NCBI GenBank assembly: GCA_045588105.1 | Contig: JAZNDO010000108.1 | Coordinates: 15,881 to 79,880, forward strand | Length of the DNA: 64,000 nucleotides | From: Christensenellaceae bacterium | Lineage (GTDB): Bacteria; Bacillota; Clostridia; Christensenellales; Borkfalkiaceae | Direction of reading: 5' to 3' | Shown: positions 44,380-53,683 of the stretch, piece by piece | Position numbering within the stretch: position 1 is the stretch's first letter | Layout of the letters: each line of letters begins with the position of its first letter | Position numbers and translations under genes: made by a program | The notes under the pieces: model-generated | What the model was told of the DNA's origin: nothing | Databases searched by the model: none | What the model saw: the letters and a program-made list of their open reading frames with translations, nothing else

Positions 44380-46140
44380 TTAAATGCAAGCGCAATAGAA
44401 AAAGGTTGAAAAGGTCAAAAAGGCAATAGTCAAAACGGTAATCGTCTTACTCAGCCCTAAGGTAAAGCTTGTTCCGATATTTGTCAACGCCTTTTGAACG
44501 AAGCCTACGGTAATCGCCAAGCCCGATATTATGGGCATAACGTATCTAAAATCCATAGTGCATGCGTACGGCATCTTAACGTAAAACGCCATTTCCGGAA
44601 TTATCTGCGATGCAATAAGCAACGCAACGATTAAGAAATCTTTAAAATCTATTATCTGTTTTTCCTTTGCTACGTTAAAATTTGACCTTCCTTTAATATA
44701 AGCAACAAGACAGGTTATGAGTCCAACGAAAAGGGATATGAGCGCAAGCCACGCAAACACAAGACTGAATACGCCGTAGCCGTCTGCCTGCCAATAGCTG
44801 AATTCACCGAAAATCGCAGAGCGAACCTGATAATTTAAAAGATTGTAATTGTTGTAATATTCGTAATTTTTATCGCTGAAGCAAATACAGTACAGGCTTC
44901 CGAAAAACTCGTCCTTATCAAAGGTGATAAACAATCTTTCAAAAAGAGAATGGTGGTCGGTTTTTAAAAGGTGGTTTAGCTGATTGAAAACAAACCCAAA
45001 GCCCTGGTCGAATTTTGCGCTTGCATAGAATTGAAACCAAAGCCCCAACGGCGCGCAAATAGCCAAAAAGCAAACATATTGAATAGGAAGCTTCAAGTGC
45101 TTTTTAGCGTCGAACTCCTCACCGCCCTTACGGTCGTTTATAAGCTCCTTTACCGCGCCAACGAACTCATATACGAAAATTCCTGCGATAGGCAAGCAAA
45201 TAGTTGCCGTTGCAAGCTTGGTCATCATACCAAGACCCACGAAAAGGGCGCAAGGTAATATATGCCATATCCTTTTGCCTTGCTTTTGCCACTTCACCGC
45301 AAAATACAACGCCAAAACCGAGCACATATACGAAAGCGAGTCGTTATTTACCATACCTGCAAACTGTATATGGCGTGGGAACAAAATTACTATAGCAGAT
45401 ACCAAAACTGCCGTTTTACCCTTAAAATCAAAAAGCTTGATAAGCTTTAAGGCGTAAATCATCGTAACGATTGAGTATAAGACCGAAAGTATCTGAGTGG
45501 TAGAAAAAAGGAAATATCTCATCTCGCTGCCCTCTGGAAGCTTTGACGATGAAAAGCCGTACAAATATTTACTTGGGAAATAATCGCTTTCCAAGCTAAA
45601 CGCACCCGTCAAAAAGCTTGTAAAGGACTCCATAAATTTCATAAAAAGGGCCTGCACCGTTGCATTAAGCGGCGGATGATAAAACTGATAGCTGTTGGTC
45701 GTCGGAAGCTTTCCGGTTGAAAAAATCGTCCACGCATACGCCTCGTGCCCCGTTCTTCCGCTATTATAGGTATCGTGCTGACGGGTTACGATTGGAGTAT
45801 ACAGCATATAACCGATTCTTAAAATCACACCCAAGGCAAACAGCAGGAAAATTGCGTTTTTTCTGTCAAGCCTTTTAGTCATTACGCAAAATACGGCAAT
45901 AAGCAGCACGCATACCAAGCCAAAGCTCATAAGCGTATGCGCGTACTTGCCTGCGTTGACGTCCTCCTCCACGATTACGTAGAGGGGCTTTAACACTAAA
46001 AATAAGGCAATCGCAGCTGCAAATATAACGGCGTAGAAGGCTATCTCGAATAAAATCGAGAAGGCTTTTTTTCTTCCGTTTAATTCTTCGGTTTTGTCTC
46101 TCTCGCAAAAAAGAAAGTCTTTTAATTTCGTTATTTCCAT
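44380..46140 (-). CDS. GT-C-fold glycosyltransferase (ArnT / PMT_2-like, polyprenyl-phosphate-sugar dependent).
   Basis: 586 aa with about 12 TM segments. The first extracytoplasmic loop contains RQHDTYN...GHEAYA and YQFYHPPL, resembling the PMT_2/ArnT signature. It is tightly packed between the FAD-protein gene (1-nt gap) and gtrA (9-nt gap). Confidence 0.65.
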   Translation of the reverse strand: MEITKLKDFLFCERDKTEELNGRKKAFSILFEIAFYAVIFAAAIALFLVLKPLYVIVEEDVNAGKYAHTLMSFGLVCVLLIAVFCVMTKRLDRKNAIFLLFALGVILRIGYMLYTPIVTRQHDTYNSGRTGHEAYAWTIFSTGKLPTTNSYQFYHPPLNATVQALFMKFMESFTSFLTGAFSLESDYFPSKYLYGFSSSKLPEGSEMRYFLFSTTQILSVLYSIVTMIYALKLIKLFDFKGKTAVLVSAIVILFPRHIQFAGMVNNDSLSYMCSVLALYFAVKWQKQGKRIWHILPCALFVGLGMMTKLATATICLPIAGIFVYEFVGAVKELINDRKGGEEFDAKKHLKLPIQYVCFLAICAPLGLWFQFYASAKFDQGFGFVFNQLNHLLKTDHHSLFERLFITFDKDEFFGSLYCICFSDKNYEYYNNYNLLNYQVRSAIFGEFSYWQADGYGVFSLVFAWLALISLFVGLITCLVAYIKGRSNFNVAKEKQIIDFKDFLIVALLIASQIIPEMAFYVKMPYACTMDFRYVMPIISGLAITVGFVQKALTNIGTSFTLGLSKTITVLTIAFLTFSTFFYCACI

Positions 46141-46141
46141 A

Positions 46142-47731
46142 TTACTGTTTTTGGCTCTGAGTAGATTCCTCTTCCTTGGTTTCGTGATATTCCTTTTCGG
46201 TATTTACGCTCCAAAGGTCGGTTTTATCGATGCTTCCGTTAATTATACCCTCGCAAGCGACCATTGACGTTACCATAGAGTGGTCCATATTATTGTATCT
46301 GTGCTGTCCGTTTCTGCCTACACAGAAAAGATTTTCGAAGGTGTTGAGATAATCCTTTACCTTGTCAAACTCGGCGTAAGTACCAAAGTATGCGGGATAA
46401 GCCTTTTTAACTCTGATAACGGTAGAGTCCAAAACTGCCTCTTCACTTTCAACTACGCCTACGCTTATAAGCTCTTTTATTGCATTAGCAATAAAGTCTT
46501 CGTCCTTAGCAATCCACATTGCGTCGCCCTCCGAGCAGAAATACTCCAAGCCGACCCAAACGTTTTGCTCGGGATTTTGCACCATATAAGGCGACCAGTT
46601 GTTGAAAATCTGTATTCTTCCTAAGGTTACGTCCCTGTCTTGAACGTATATCCAACAGTCGGGGACGATATTGCCCAAGGTCTTCATTTTCGTCTTATTT
46701 TTAACCTTTAAGCCGTTGAGTAGTAAGCCAACGGTCATAAAATCTCTGTAAGGAAGCTCGGTTGCAATGCGGTACACCTCGTCGCCGCAAACGTCCTTGC
46801 CGATAGACTCAATAAGGTCCTTAATAGGCATTGAGGAAATATAATAATCGCCGATATATTCTAAGGTTTTACCCTCTTTGTCAACTGCGGAAACCGAGGT
46901 TATTTTTCCGTTTTCGGTCTTAACGCCGTTTACGGTAACGCCCATAATTATCTGACCGCCAAGCCTTTTAATCTCTTCAGCCATTTTTTCGTAAAGCTGA
47001 CCCGGTCCTTTTTTAGGATAGATAAATTGCTCGATAAGGCTCGTTTCAACCTCTCTCTTCTTGCCCTTGAAAATCTTACCGAAGGCGTTTTTGATTGCCT
47101 TCATAATCGAAAGGCCCTTTACTCTTTGAGCGCCCCAGTCTGCAGAAATATTAGAGGGGTGTACGCCCCAAAGCTTTTCGGTATAGCTTTCAAAGAACAT
47201 TGAATATAAGGGCTTGCCGAAACGGTTTATGTAGAAATTTTCGAGGTTGTCCTCTGGGCGCTTTTTGATACAGCTGCCAATATAACCGAAGCCTGCCCTC
47301 ATCGTATTCCAAAAGCCCATATTGATAAAGGTAGAAGGCTTTAAGGAAATGGGATAATCAAAAAATCTCTTGCGCCAGATAATTCTTGAAACCCTGTCTC
47401 TTACGAGCATTACCTCGTCGCACTCCTCGGGATTGGGACCGCCCTCTGCAAGGGGCTTTTCTCTGCCTAAAACCTTATCGTCGTATGCAGGCGCGCCTTG
47501 CACGGGGAGCATTTTCGTCCAAAGGTTGGTCACTCTTTCGTCCTTTGAGAAGAATCTGTGTCCGCCGATATCCATACGGTTGCCCTTATAGGTCGCAGTA
47601 CGCGAAATACCGCCGATAAACTCCTCGCTTTCCAAGATAACAGGTTTAACGTCCGATTTAGTTAAAAGCTCGTATGCCGCCGTTAAGCCTGCAGGTCCTG
47701 CGCCAATAATTATTGCTCTTTTTTCTTCCAT
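46142..47731 (-). CDS. FAD-dependent oxidoreductase (Rossmann GxGxxG; amine-oxidase / UDP-galactopyranose-mutase-like fold).
   Basis: I moved the start to the ATG at 47731 (AAGGAGG RBS), giving [22 protein letters not shown]...[14 protein letters not shown]...GGHRFF. Confidence 0.7.
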   Translation of the reverse strand: MEEKRAIIIGAGPAGLTAAYELLTKSDVKPVILESEEFIGGISRTATYKGNRMDIGGHRFFSKDERVTNLWTKMLPVQGAPAYDDKVLGREKPLAEGGPNPEECDEVMLVRDRVSRIIWRKRFFDYPISLKPSTFINMGFWNTMRAGFGYIGSCIKKRPEDNLENFYINRFGKPLYSMFFESYTEKLWGVHPSNISADWGAQRVKGLSIMKAIKNAFGKIFKGKKREVETSLIEQFIYPKKGPGQLYEKMAEEIKRLGGQIIMGVTVNGVKTENGKITSVSAVDKEGKTLEYIGDYYISSMPIKDLIESIGKDVCGDEVYRIATELPYRDFMTVGLLLNGLKVKNKTKMKTLGNIVPDCWIYVQDRDVTLGRIQIFNNWSPYMVQNPEQNVWVGLEYFCSEGDAMWIAKDEDFIANAIKELISVGVVESEEAVLDSTVIRVKKAYPAYFGTYAEFDKVKDYLNTFENLFCVGRNGQHRYNNMDHSMVTSMVACEGIINGSIDKTDLWSVNTEKEYHETKEEESTQSQKQ

Positions 47732-47788
47732 GTTTCCTCCTTGGCTGCTCCGCCTTTTACGGTGCGCCAAAATTTGCAAATTTAATTT

Positions 47789-47817
47789 ATTATACACTAA
47801 AATCGGCCATTTTGCAA
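47789..47817 (-). promoter_or_regulatory. Sigma-A-type promoter of the FAD / GT-C / GtrA / phosphatase operon.
   Basis: On the minus strand: TTGCAA (47812-47817), a 17-nt spacer, then TATAAT (47789-47794). It lies downstream of the smpB terminator hairpin at about 47893-47930. Confidence 0.55.
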
Positions 47818-47928
47818 TTGATTTTTGCATATTACTTATAAATAAGTAAAATTATGCCGTTTTATATGTAAAATTTTGCCGTTTTGCGCATAAAAATAGT
47901 GCCGCCGCTAACTTGCGACGGCACTATT

Positions 47929-48381
47929 TTAAAACCCGAAATTCTTAATATCTCTTTTAGCTGTTCTATCCAAATCCCTTTCCTTTATGCTTTGCTTTTT
48001 GTCGTACGTATGCTTACCCTTACAAAGCCCGACCTCCACCTTTATAAGCGAGCCTTTAAAATAAATTTTCAAGGGAACTAAGGTATAGCCTTTTTCATTT
48101 ACCTTGCCTATAAGTCGATTAATCTCACTTTTGTGAAGAAGCAGTCTTCTCTCTCTGCGACTGTCCTTAACGTTGTAGGCTCCGGCTTTATCGTATACTG
48201 CAACGTGCATACCCTTTACAAGCAGCTCGCCGTTATAGATTGAGCAGTAGGCGTCCTTAAGGTTGACGTTGCCTGCCCTTATGGACTTCACCTCGCCTCC
48301 GTCAAGAGATATGCCTGCCTCGTAGGAGTCTTCAATAAAATATTCAAATCTTGCTTCTCTGTTTTCAGTTACAATCTTCAT
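47929..48381 (-). CDS. smpB: SsrA-binding protein SmpB.
   Basis: 150 aa. NREARFEYFIED..EAGI.L.G.EVKS and RRLLLHK.EI motifs are present. Confidence 0.95.
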   Translation of the reverse strand: MKIVTENREARFEYFIEDSYEAGISLDGGEVKSIRAGNVNLKDAYCSIYNGELLVKGMHVAVYDKAGAYNVKDSRRERRLLLHKSEINRLIGKVNEKGYTLVPLKIYFKGSLIKVEVGLCKGKHTYDKKQSIKERDLDRTAKRDIKNFGF

Positions 48382-48432
48382 ACTTTTATTATAATGCTTT
48401 TAAAGTAATTTTTCAAGGAAATTTTGTCATTT

Positions 48433-50532
48433 TTACAATTTATACAAAATTATAAATTCCGTTCGCCTTGCAGAAATATCTACGCCCATAACGCCTATTC
48501 TTACTCTGTCACCAAGCTTAAAGGTGTGCTTTGGCGAGGAAAGCGAAAAGGTTGCCTTATCAAAGGTGTAATTTGCCCTCGGTAAGCACTCCAAGGGAGT
48601 AAAGCCCTCTACCGTGTTTTCAAGCTCGCAAAAAACGCCGAAGGAGGTCACTCCACTGATTACGGCGTCAAACTCCTGACCTATGAAGTCCTCCATAAAC
48701 TTTGCCTTATAAAGATCGTCGACTGCCCTTTCAACCTCGTCCGCCTTTTTCTCCTTTTCGGAGGTCTGCGTTGCCGAATTATATATAAAGTCTCCGTATA
48801 AGTCGTTTATCGCAGCTATTTCTCCGTCTAACGCATATTTGATTACCCTGTGAACGATTAAATCGGGGTATCTTCTAATCGGCGAGGTAAAGTGGCAGTA
48901 GCAGCTGCTTGACAAGCCGAAGTGCCCTAAATTTTCGGGATAATAGCTCGCCTTTTGCATTGAGCGGAGCATGACCTTGTTTACGAGCGAATAGAAGGGT
49001 TTATCCTTTATTCTGTCTAATACTGCAGAAAAGTCGCTTGGACGGACACTCTCCGCGCGCCATCTCACGTTCACGCCTAAGACCTTTAAAAACTCAATAA
49101 ATGCGCTCGCTTTTTCTACGGTGGGTCTTTCGTGCGTCCTGTACAAAATTGGCAATTCCTGATAAAATGCAAATTCAGCAACGGTTTCGTTGGCAAGCAC
49201 CATAAACTCTTCAATAATTTTATAAGCCCTTTTCGCCTCTCTTTGTCCTATTTCGATTTTACCGTCCCTGTATACGATATGCGCTTCCTTTACGTCGAGG
49301 TCAACGCTTCCCCTCTCGTCTCTTTTTGCCGTCAAAATTGCTTGAAGGTCTGCCATTTGTAAAATCATCGGACAAACCTCTGAAAATTTGTTTGTAATTT
49401 CTTCGTCGCCGTTTATGATTGCTTCAACCTGATTATAGGTCATACGGCGCTTTGATTTGATTGCCGATTTTACGATTTGCCTGTCTACGACGTTACCGCT
49501 CTTATCAATTTCCATTATGCAAGAAAGGGTAAGCCTTACAACTCCCTCGTTTAAAGAGCAAATTCCGTTTGAAAGCTCCTTGGGAAGCATAGGTAGCACT
49601 CTGTCGGGAAAATATACGCTCGTCGAGCGGTTATACGCTTCGTCGTCTAACGCAGTACCTCTTTTTACATATTCGGACACGTCAGCAATATGCACACCCA
49701 AGCGATAGTTTCCGCTATCTAAAAGCTCGACCTCAACCGCGTCGTCAAAATCCCTTGAATCCTCTCCGTCAATGGTAATTATTAGCCTATCCGTTAAATT
49801 AAGCCTGCCTATAAGTTGATTATCGCTTACTTCTTGCGAAATTTGTGCAACCTCGGCTCTTACCCTTTTGTTAAAGCCCTCTTCAAATCCGCTTCCTTTT
49901 ATAATCGAATTTTCTTCGGCGAAAAGCTCGTGGCGTTTTCCCAAAACCTCTAAAACCTCGCCGTCCGGACTGTACCCCTTGAAATAGCCAACTATTTTAA
50001 CGAGCACCTTGTCGCCCGTTCTCGCGCCCTTTTCTTTGCCACTTTCGACGTAAACGTCCTCAAAAAAGCTCTTGTCGTCAGGGCGCACGACAAATCTACC
50101 GCGGTCAACGAAAAAGGTTCCGCTAAAGGTGGTTACACCTCTTTTTAATATGCGGATTACCTCCGCTTCGTCGCTACTGCCCTTTGCGGAGCTTTCAACC
50201 CTTCTTGCAAGCACCACGTCTTGATGCAACGCGCCGTTTAAATTGCGGTTGGGGATAAAATAATCGTCTCCGCCGCCCTCGGGCACTAAAAAGGCAAAGC
50301 CCCTTTCGTTTCCTCTTAAAACACCCTTTATAAGGTCGGCTTGCTCGGTTGCAATATAAAAGCCGTCTAAAAAAATTATTTCGCCATCGTTTTCCAACGA
50401 GTTTAAAATTTTAAGCACAGCCTTTTGCTCAAAGGACTTTTTAGCCTCTAAAAGAGAATAAATTTTTTTAAGAGAAAGCTTTTTCCACTCGCCCGATATG
50501 AAATTTTGTTTAATTAAAGAATATAAATCCAT
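48433..50532 (-). CDS. rnr: Ribonuclease R.
   Basis: RNB domain motifs (TIDGEDSRDFDDAV, YFPDRVLPMLP, HFGL....YCHFTSPIRRYPDL) and a C-terminal S1 domain. I moved the start to the ATG at 50532, because the track start lies upstream of the secG terminator. Confidence 0.9.
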   Translation of the reverse strand: MDLYSLIKQNFISGEWKKLSLKKIYSLLEAKKSFEQKAVLKILNSLENDGEIIFLDGFYIATEQADLIKGVLRGNERGFAFLVPEGGGDDYFIPNRNLNGALHQDVVLARRVESSAKGSSDEAEVIRILKRGVTTFSGTFFVDRGRFVVRPDDKSFFEDVYVESGKEKGARTGDKVLVKIVGYFKGYSPDGEVLEVLGKRHELFAEENSIIKGSGFEEGFNKRVRAEVAQISQEVSDNQLIGRLNLTDRLIITIDGEDSRDFDDAVEVELLDSGNYRLGVHIADVSEYVKRGTALDDEAYNRSTSVYFPDRVLPMLPKELSNGICSLNEGVVRLTLSCIMEIDKSGNVVDRQIVKSAIKSKRRMTYNQVEAIINGDEEITNKFSEVCPMILQMADLQAILTAKRDERGSVDLDVKEAHIVYRDGKIEIGQREAKRAYKIIEEFMVLANETVAEFAFYQELPILYRTHERPTVEKASAFIEFLKVLGVNVRWRAESVRPSDFSAVLDRIKDKPFYSLVNKVMLRSMQKASYYPENLGHFGLSSSCYCHFTSPIRRYPDLIVHRVIKYALDGEIAAINDLYGDFIYNSATQTSEKEKKADEVERAVDDLYKAKFMEDFIGQEFDAVISGVTSFGVFCELENTVEGFTPLECLPRANYTFDKATFSLSSPKHTFKLGDRVRIGVMGVDISARRTEFIILYKL

Positions 50533-50540
50533 AAGTATCA

Positions 50541-50572
50541 AAAAATAAAAGGTGACGGTAATCCGCCACCTT
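50541..50572 (-). terminator. Intrinsic terminator after secG.
   Basis: On the minus strand: GGTGGCGG-ATTA-CCGTCACC (with a G-U pair only on this strand), followed by TTTTATTTTTT. Confidence 0.7.
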
Positions 50573-50586
50573 GCTTTCATTTATTA

Positions 50587-50865
50587 TTATTGAACATGGA
50601 AAACCATTACGCAATATAAAATCATAAACACAGCCATTACAGAAACTGCAATTACCGTAAGCTTACGAAGCTTGCTTTCTAAGGTTTTGCCTTTATTCTT
50701 GCTGTAAAAGGTATCTTGCTGACCGCCAAGCGCGCCGATACCGTTTGAGTTGCTTGGTTGAAGCATTATTACAACAATAATAAATACTGCGCAAAGCGCC
50801 GATATTATAAGACTGGGGATACATACCCAACGCATTAAGTTCCAAGAGTATAAAAGATTTAACAT
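50587..50865 (-). CDS. secG: Preprotein translocase subunit SecG.
   Basis: 92 aa, two TM helices. The central MLQPSNSNGIGALGG matches the SecG glycine-rich loop. Its position upstream of rnr-smpB matches Bacillus. Confidence 0.8.
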   Translation of the reverse strand: MLNLLYSWNLMRWVCIPSLIISALCAVFIIVVIMLQPSNSNGIGALGGQQDTFYSKNKGKTLESKLRKLTVIAVSVMAVFMILYCVMVFHVQ

Positions 50866-50970
50866 AATTATTATGTCTCCAATAAAATTTTGTAATCAAG
50901 CAATAGTTATTCTATCATAAACTTTTAAGTTTAGCAAGTGTTTTTATGCACTTTTACTTAAATTTTTATA

Positions 50971-52512
50971 TTATTTTACTATTAATGACTTTCCCGTCAT
51001 TTCTGCAGGCTGCTCTTCGCCCATAACCTCCAATAAGGTAGGCGCTACGTCTGCAAGCACGCCGCCATCACGAAGCTTTACACCCTTAAGCTCCTCGCTG
51101 ACGAGAATAAAAGGTACGATATTGGTCGTATGAGCTGTAAACGGCGAGCCGTCAACGTCTACCATCTGGTCTGCGTTGCCGTGGTCTGCGGTAATAATAC
51201 AGCTTCCGCCCTTTGCCAAAACGGCGTCGGTAATTTTAGCTATGCAGCCTTCTACGGTCTTTACTGCTGTTACTGCGGCGTCGATTACTCCGGTGTGTCC
51301 TACCATGTCGCAGTTTGCATAGTTTAATATAATAACGTCGAACTTATCGCTCGCAATTTCTTCTAAAACCTTTTCGGTAACCTCGTAAGCGCTCATTTCG
51401 GGCTTTAAGTCGTAGGTCGCTACCTTTGGAGAAGGTATTAAATCTCTGAACTCATTCTTTTCGGGAGCCTCAACGCCGCCGTTAAAGAAGAAGGTTACGT
51501 GAGCGTATTTTTCGGTTTCTGCAATACGAAGCTGAGTATATCCCTTATCCGATAAGAATTTACCTAAGGTATTGTTCATTTCTTGCTTACCGAAAGCTAT
51601 TTTTGCATTTTTAAAGGTTTCGTCGTACTTTGTAAAGCCAATATAGTTAAGACCTAAATAACCGGTCTTTCTTTCAAAGCCGTCAAAGGATTCCTCGGTA
51701 AAGGCTCTCGTAATCTCTCTCGCTCTGTCGGGACGGAAATTGAAGAAAATTACAGAATCGCCCTTTTCGATAAGACCGATTGCCTTGCCGTTTTCTACAA
51801 CGTTCGTAGGAAGAATAAACTCGTCGGTTTCGCCCTTAGCGTAGCTTTGCTCAACGGCTTCAACGCCGGATTTAGCCGCAACGCCGTTGCCGACTGTCAA
51901 ACAGTCGTAAGCCTTTTCAACTCTTTCCCAACGGTTATCTCTGTCCATTACGTAATATCTTCCGCCAACGGTCGCTATCTTACCGCAGCCGATTTCTTGA
52001 ATCTTTGATTCAAGCTCTTTAACGAAATCGATACCGCTTGAAGGAGGAACGTCACGTCCGTCCATAAAGCAATGAACGAAAACCTCGGTAAGACCCCTCT
52101 TTTTAGCCATCTCTAAAAGCGCGTATAGGTGGGTATTGTGAGAGTGTACGCCGCCCGACGACAAAAGTCCGTATAAATGAAGCTTTTTGCCGTTTGCCTT
52201 AGCACAGTCCATAACACCTGCAAGACCTTCGTTTTCAAAGAAATCCCCGTCTTCAATCGCCTTGGTAATTCTCGTTAAATCCTGATAAACTATTCTGCCT
52301 GCGCCCATGTTGAGGTGGCCTACCTCGCTGTTACCCATCTGACCGTCGGGAAGACCTACCGAAAGTCCGCTTGCCCCGATTGTCGTTGAAGGATATTTTT
52401 GCATAAGCGAATTGATAACGCCTACGTTTGCAAGCTCGATTGCGTTTCCGCTATCCTTTTTACCGAAGGCGTAACCGTCCATTATAAAAAGACATACTGG
52501 TCTGTTTTTCAT
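50971..52512 (-). CDS. gpmI: 2,3-bisphosphoglycerate-independent phosphoglycerate mutase.
   Basis: 513 aa. Motifs MDG....GNA, GNSEVGH, ADHGNAD and the family length fit. Confidence 0.95.
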   Translation of the reverse strand: MKNRPVCLFIMDGYAFGKKDSGNAIELANVGVINSLMQKYPSTTIGASGLSVGLPDGQMGNSEVGHLNMGAGRIVYQDLTRITKAIEDGDFFENEGLAGVMDCAKANGKKLHLYGLLSSGGVHSHNTHLYALLEMAKKRGLTEVFVHCFMDGRDVPPSSGIDFVKELESKIQEIGCGKIATVGGRYYVMDRDNRWERVEKAYDCLTVGNGVAAKSGVEAVEQSYAKGETDEFILPTNVVENGKAIGLIEKGDSVIFFNFRPDRAREITRAFTEESFDGFERKTGYLGLNYIGFTKYDETFKNAKIAFGKQEMNNTLGKFLSDKGYTQLRIAETEKYAHVTFFFNGGVEAPEKNEFRDLIPSPKVATYDLKPEMSAYEVTEKVLEEIASDKFDVIILNYANCDMVGHTGVIDAAVTAVKTVEGCIAKITDAVLAKGGSCIITADHGNADQMVDVDGSPFTAHTTNIVPFILVSEELKGVKLRDGGVLADVAPTLLEVMGEEQPAEMTGKSLIVK

Positions 52513-52575
52513 TTTTGCTCCTTTGGGGTTTACCCTATTGCATATTTTAGGGGCGACTCCGCCGCCCCTAACTAA

Positions 52576-53328
52576 TTATTTGTTGTAGTTTACGATTACC
52601 GAGAAGTCTGCTGCCTTTAACGAAGCGCCGCCGATAAGTCCGCCGTCGATTTCTTCTTCAGCCATAAGCTCCTTGCAGTTTTTAACGTTCATAGAACCGC
52701 CGTATTGAATTCTGGTCTTTTCAGCAATGCTTCTGTGGAACTTCTTAGCAAGAAGATGTCTTATATAACCGATAGTGTTGTTAGCGTCGGTTGCAGTTGC
52801 AGTCTTGCCCGTACCGATAGCCCAAACAGGCTCGTAAGCGATAACGATTTTTTCAAAATCCTTTGCCTTGAAGCCCTTAAGGCCCTCTACGATTTGCTTT
52901 TCAAGAACCTTTTCGGTAAGACCTGCTTCTCTTTCAGCCTCGGTTTCGCCAACGCAAACGATAGGCTTAATCTTAGCGTTTAAAGCAGCCTGAGTTCTCT
53001 TGTTTACGGTTTCGTCGGTTTCACCAAAGTACTGTCTTCTTTCGCTGTGGCCGATAATAACGTAGTCAACCTTAAGCTCTTTGAGCATATCTGCGGAAAT
53101 TTCGCCGGTGAAAGCGCCCGAAGCTGCCCAGTGAACGTTTTCTGCGCCGATTTTGATATTCGTGCCCTTAGCTGCCTTTTTAGCAGTTTGTAAGTTTGTG
53201 AAAGGAACGCAGAGAACTACGTCACAATCAGCATCCTTTACAAGCGGAGCAAGCTCGGTAATCATAGCTTTGGTTTCAGCCATGGTTTTATTCATCTTCC
53301 AGTTTCCTGCAATTATTGCTTTTCTCAT
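52576..53328 (-). CDS. tpiA: Triosephosphate isomerase.
   Basis: IAGNWKMN, IIGHSERR, AYEPVWAIGTG and YGGS motifs are present. Confidence 0.95.
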   Translation of the reverse strand: MRKAIIAGNWKMNKTMAETKAMITELAPLVKDADCDVVLCVPFTNLQTAKKAAKGTNIKIGAENVHWAASGAFTGEISADMLKELKVDYVIIGHSERRQYFGETDETVNKRTQAALNAKIKPIVCVGETEAEREAGLTEKVLEKQIVEGLKGFKAKDFEKIVIAYEPVWAIGTGKTATATDANNTIGYIRHLLAKKFHRSIAEKTRIQYGGSMNVKNCKELMAEEEIDGGLIGGASLKAADFSVIVNYNK

Positions 53329-53421
53329 TATAAAATCTCCTTGAAATAATGTAAATTATTTCCTTTATGTTTTTCCTGTACTATTGTAACACTTTTTTAC
53401 GCATTTTGCAATTATTTTAAT

Positions 53422-53448
53422 AAAAAAAGTGTGGAAAACCCACACTTT
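53422..53448 (-). terminator. Intrinsic terminator closing the hppA 3' region.
   Basis: On the minus strand: AAGTGTGG-GTTTT-CCACACTT followed by T7. It lies about 235 nt downstream of the hppA stop. Confidence 0.75.
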
Positions 53449-53464
53449 AATTATTATTGTTTTA

Positions 53465-53680
53465 TATAAGCCTTTATAGTGCAAGTTACAAGCTGTGACG
53501 GTGAGGCTTTGGAGCAGCTTTAACTTGCAAATGAAAAGGCTTAGATACAAGCAAGACAAGGCTTTTGCGCAGATAGTGCAAGGGAGCGACCTTGTTGGTC
53601 GCAGGAATTGCAATGGCAAGCAAAAGCAAAGTATTGCGAAGTATAAAAGCCTTTGTAATACAAGTTACAAGCTGTGACTA
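53465..53680 (+). repeat. Hairpin-rich intergenic element bounded by about 32-bp direct repeats. It belongs to the same family as the 60.7-61.05 kb repeats.
   Basis: The direct repeat AAGCCTTT.TA.T.CAAGTTACAAGCTGTGAC occurs at 53469-53500 and 53647-53678. Nested inverted repeats are AAGCCTTT/AAAGGCTT, GCAAGTTA/TAACTTGC, AAGCTG/CAGCTT, AAGGCTTTT/AAAAGCCTT and GCGACC/GGTCGC. It shares the words AAGGCTTAGAT, GCAAGGG and GACCTTGTTGGTC with 60.86-60.95 kb. Confidence 0.6.
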
Positions 53681-53683
53681 AGC

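Noticed and set aside
53365-53677. ORFs 53365-53619 (-) and 53495-53677 (+).
   Set aside because: They lie entirely within the repeat-and-hairpin intergenic element and the tpiA promoter region. They have no RBS and Cys/Leu-rich composition. The region is better explained as non-coding structure.
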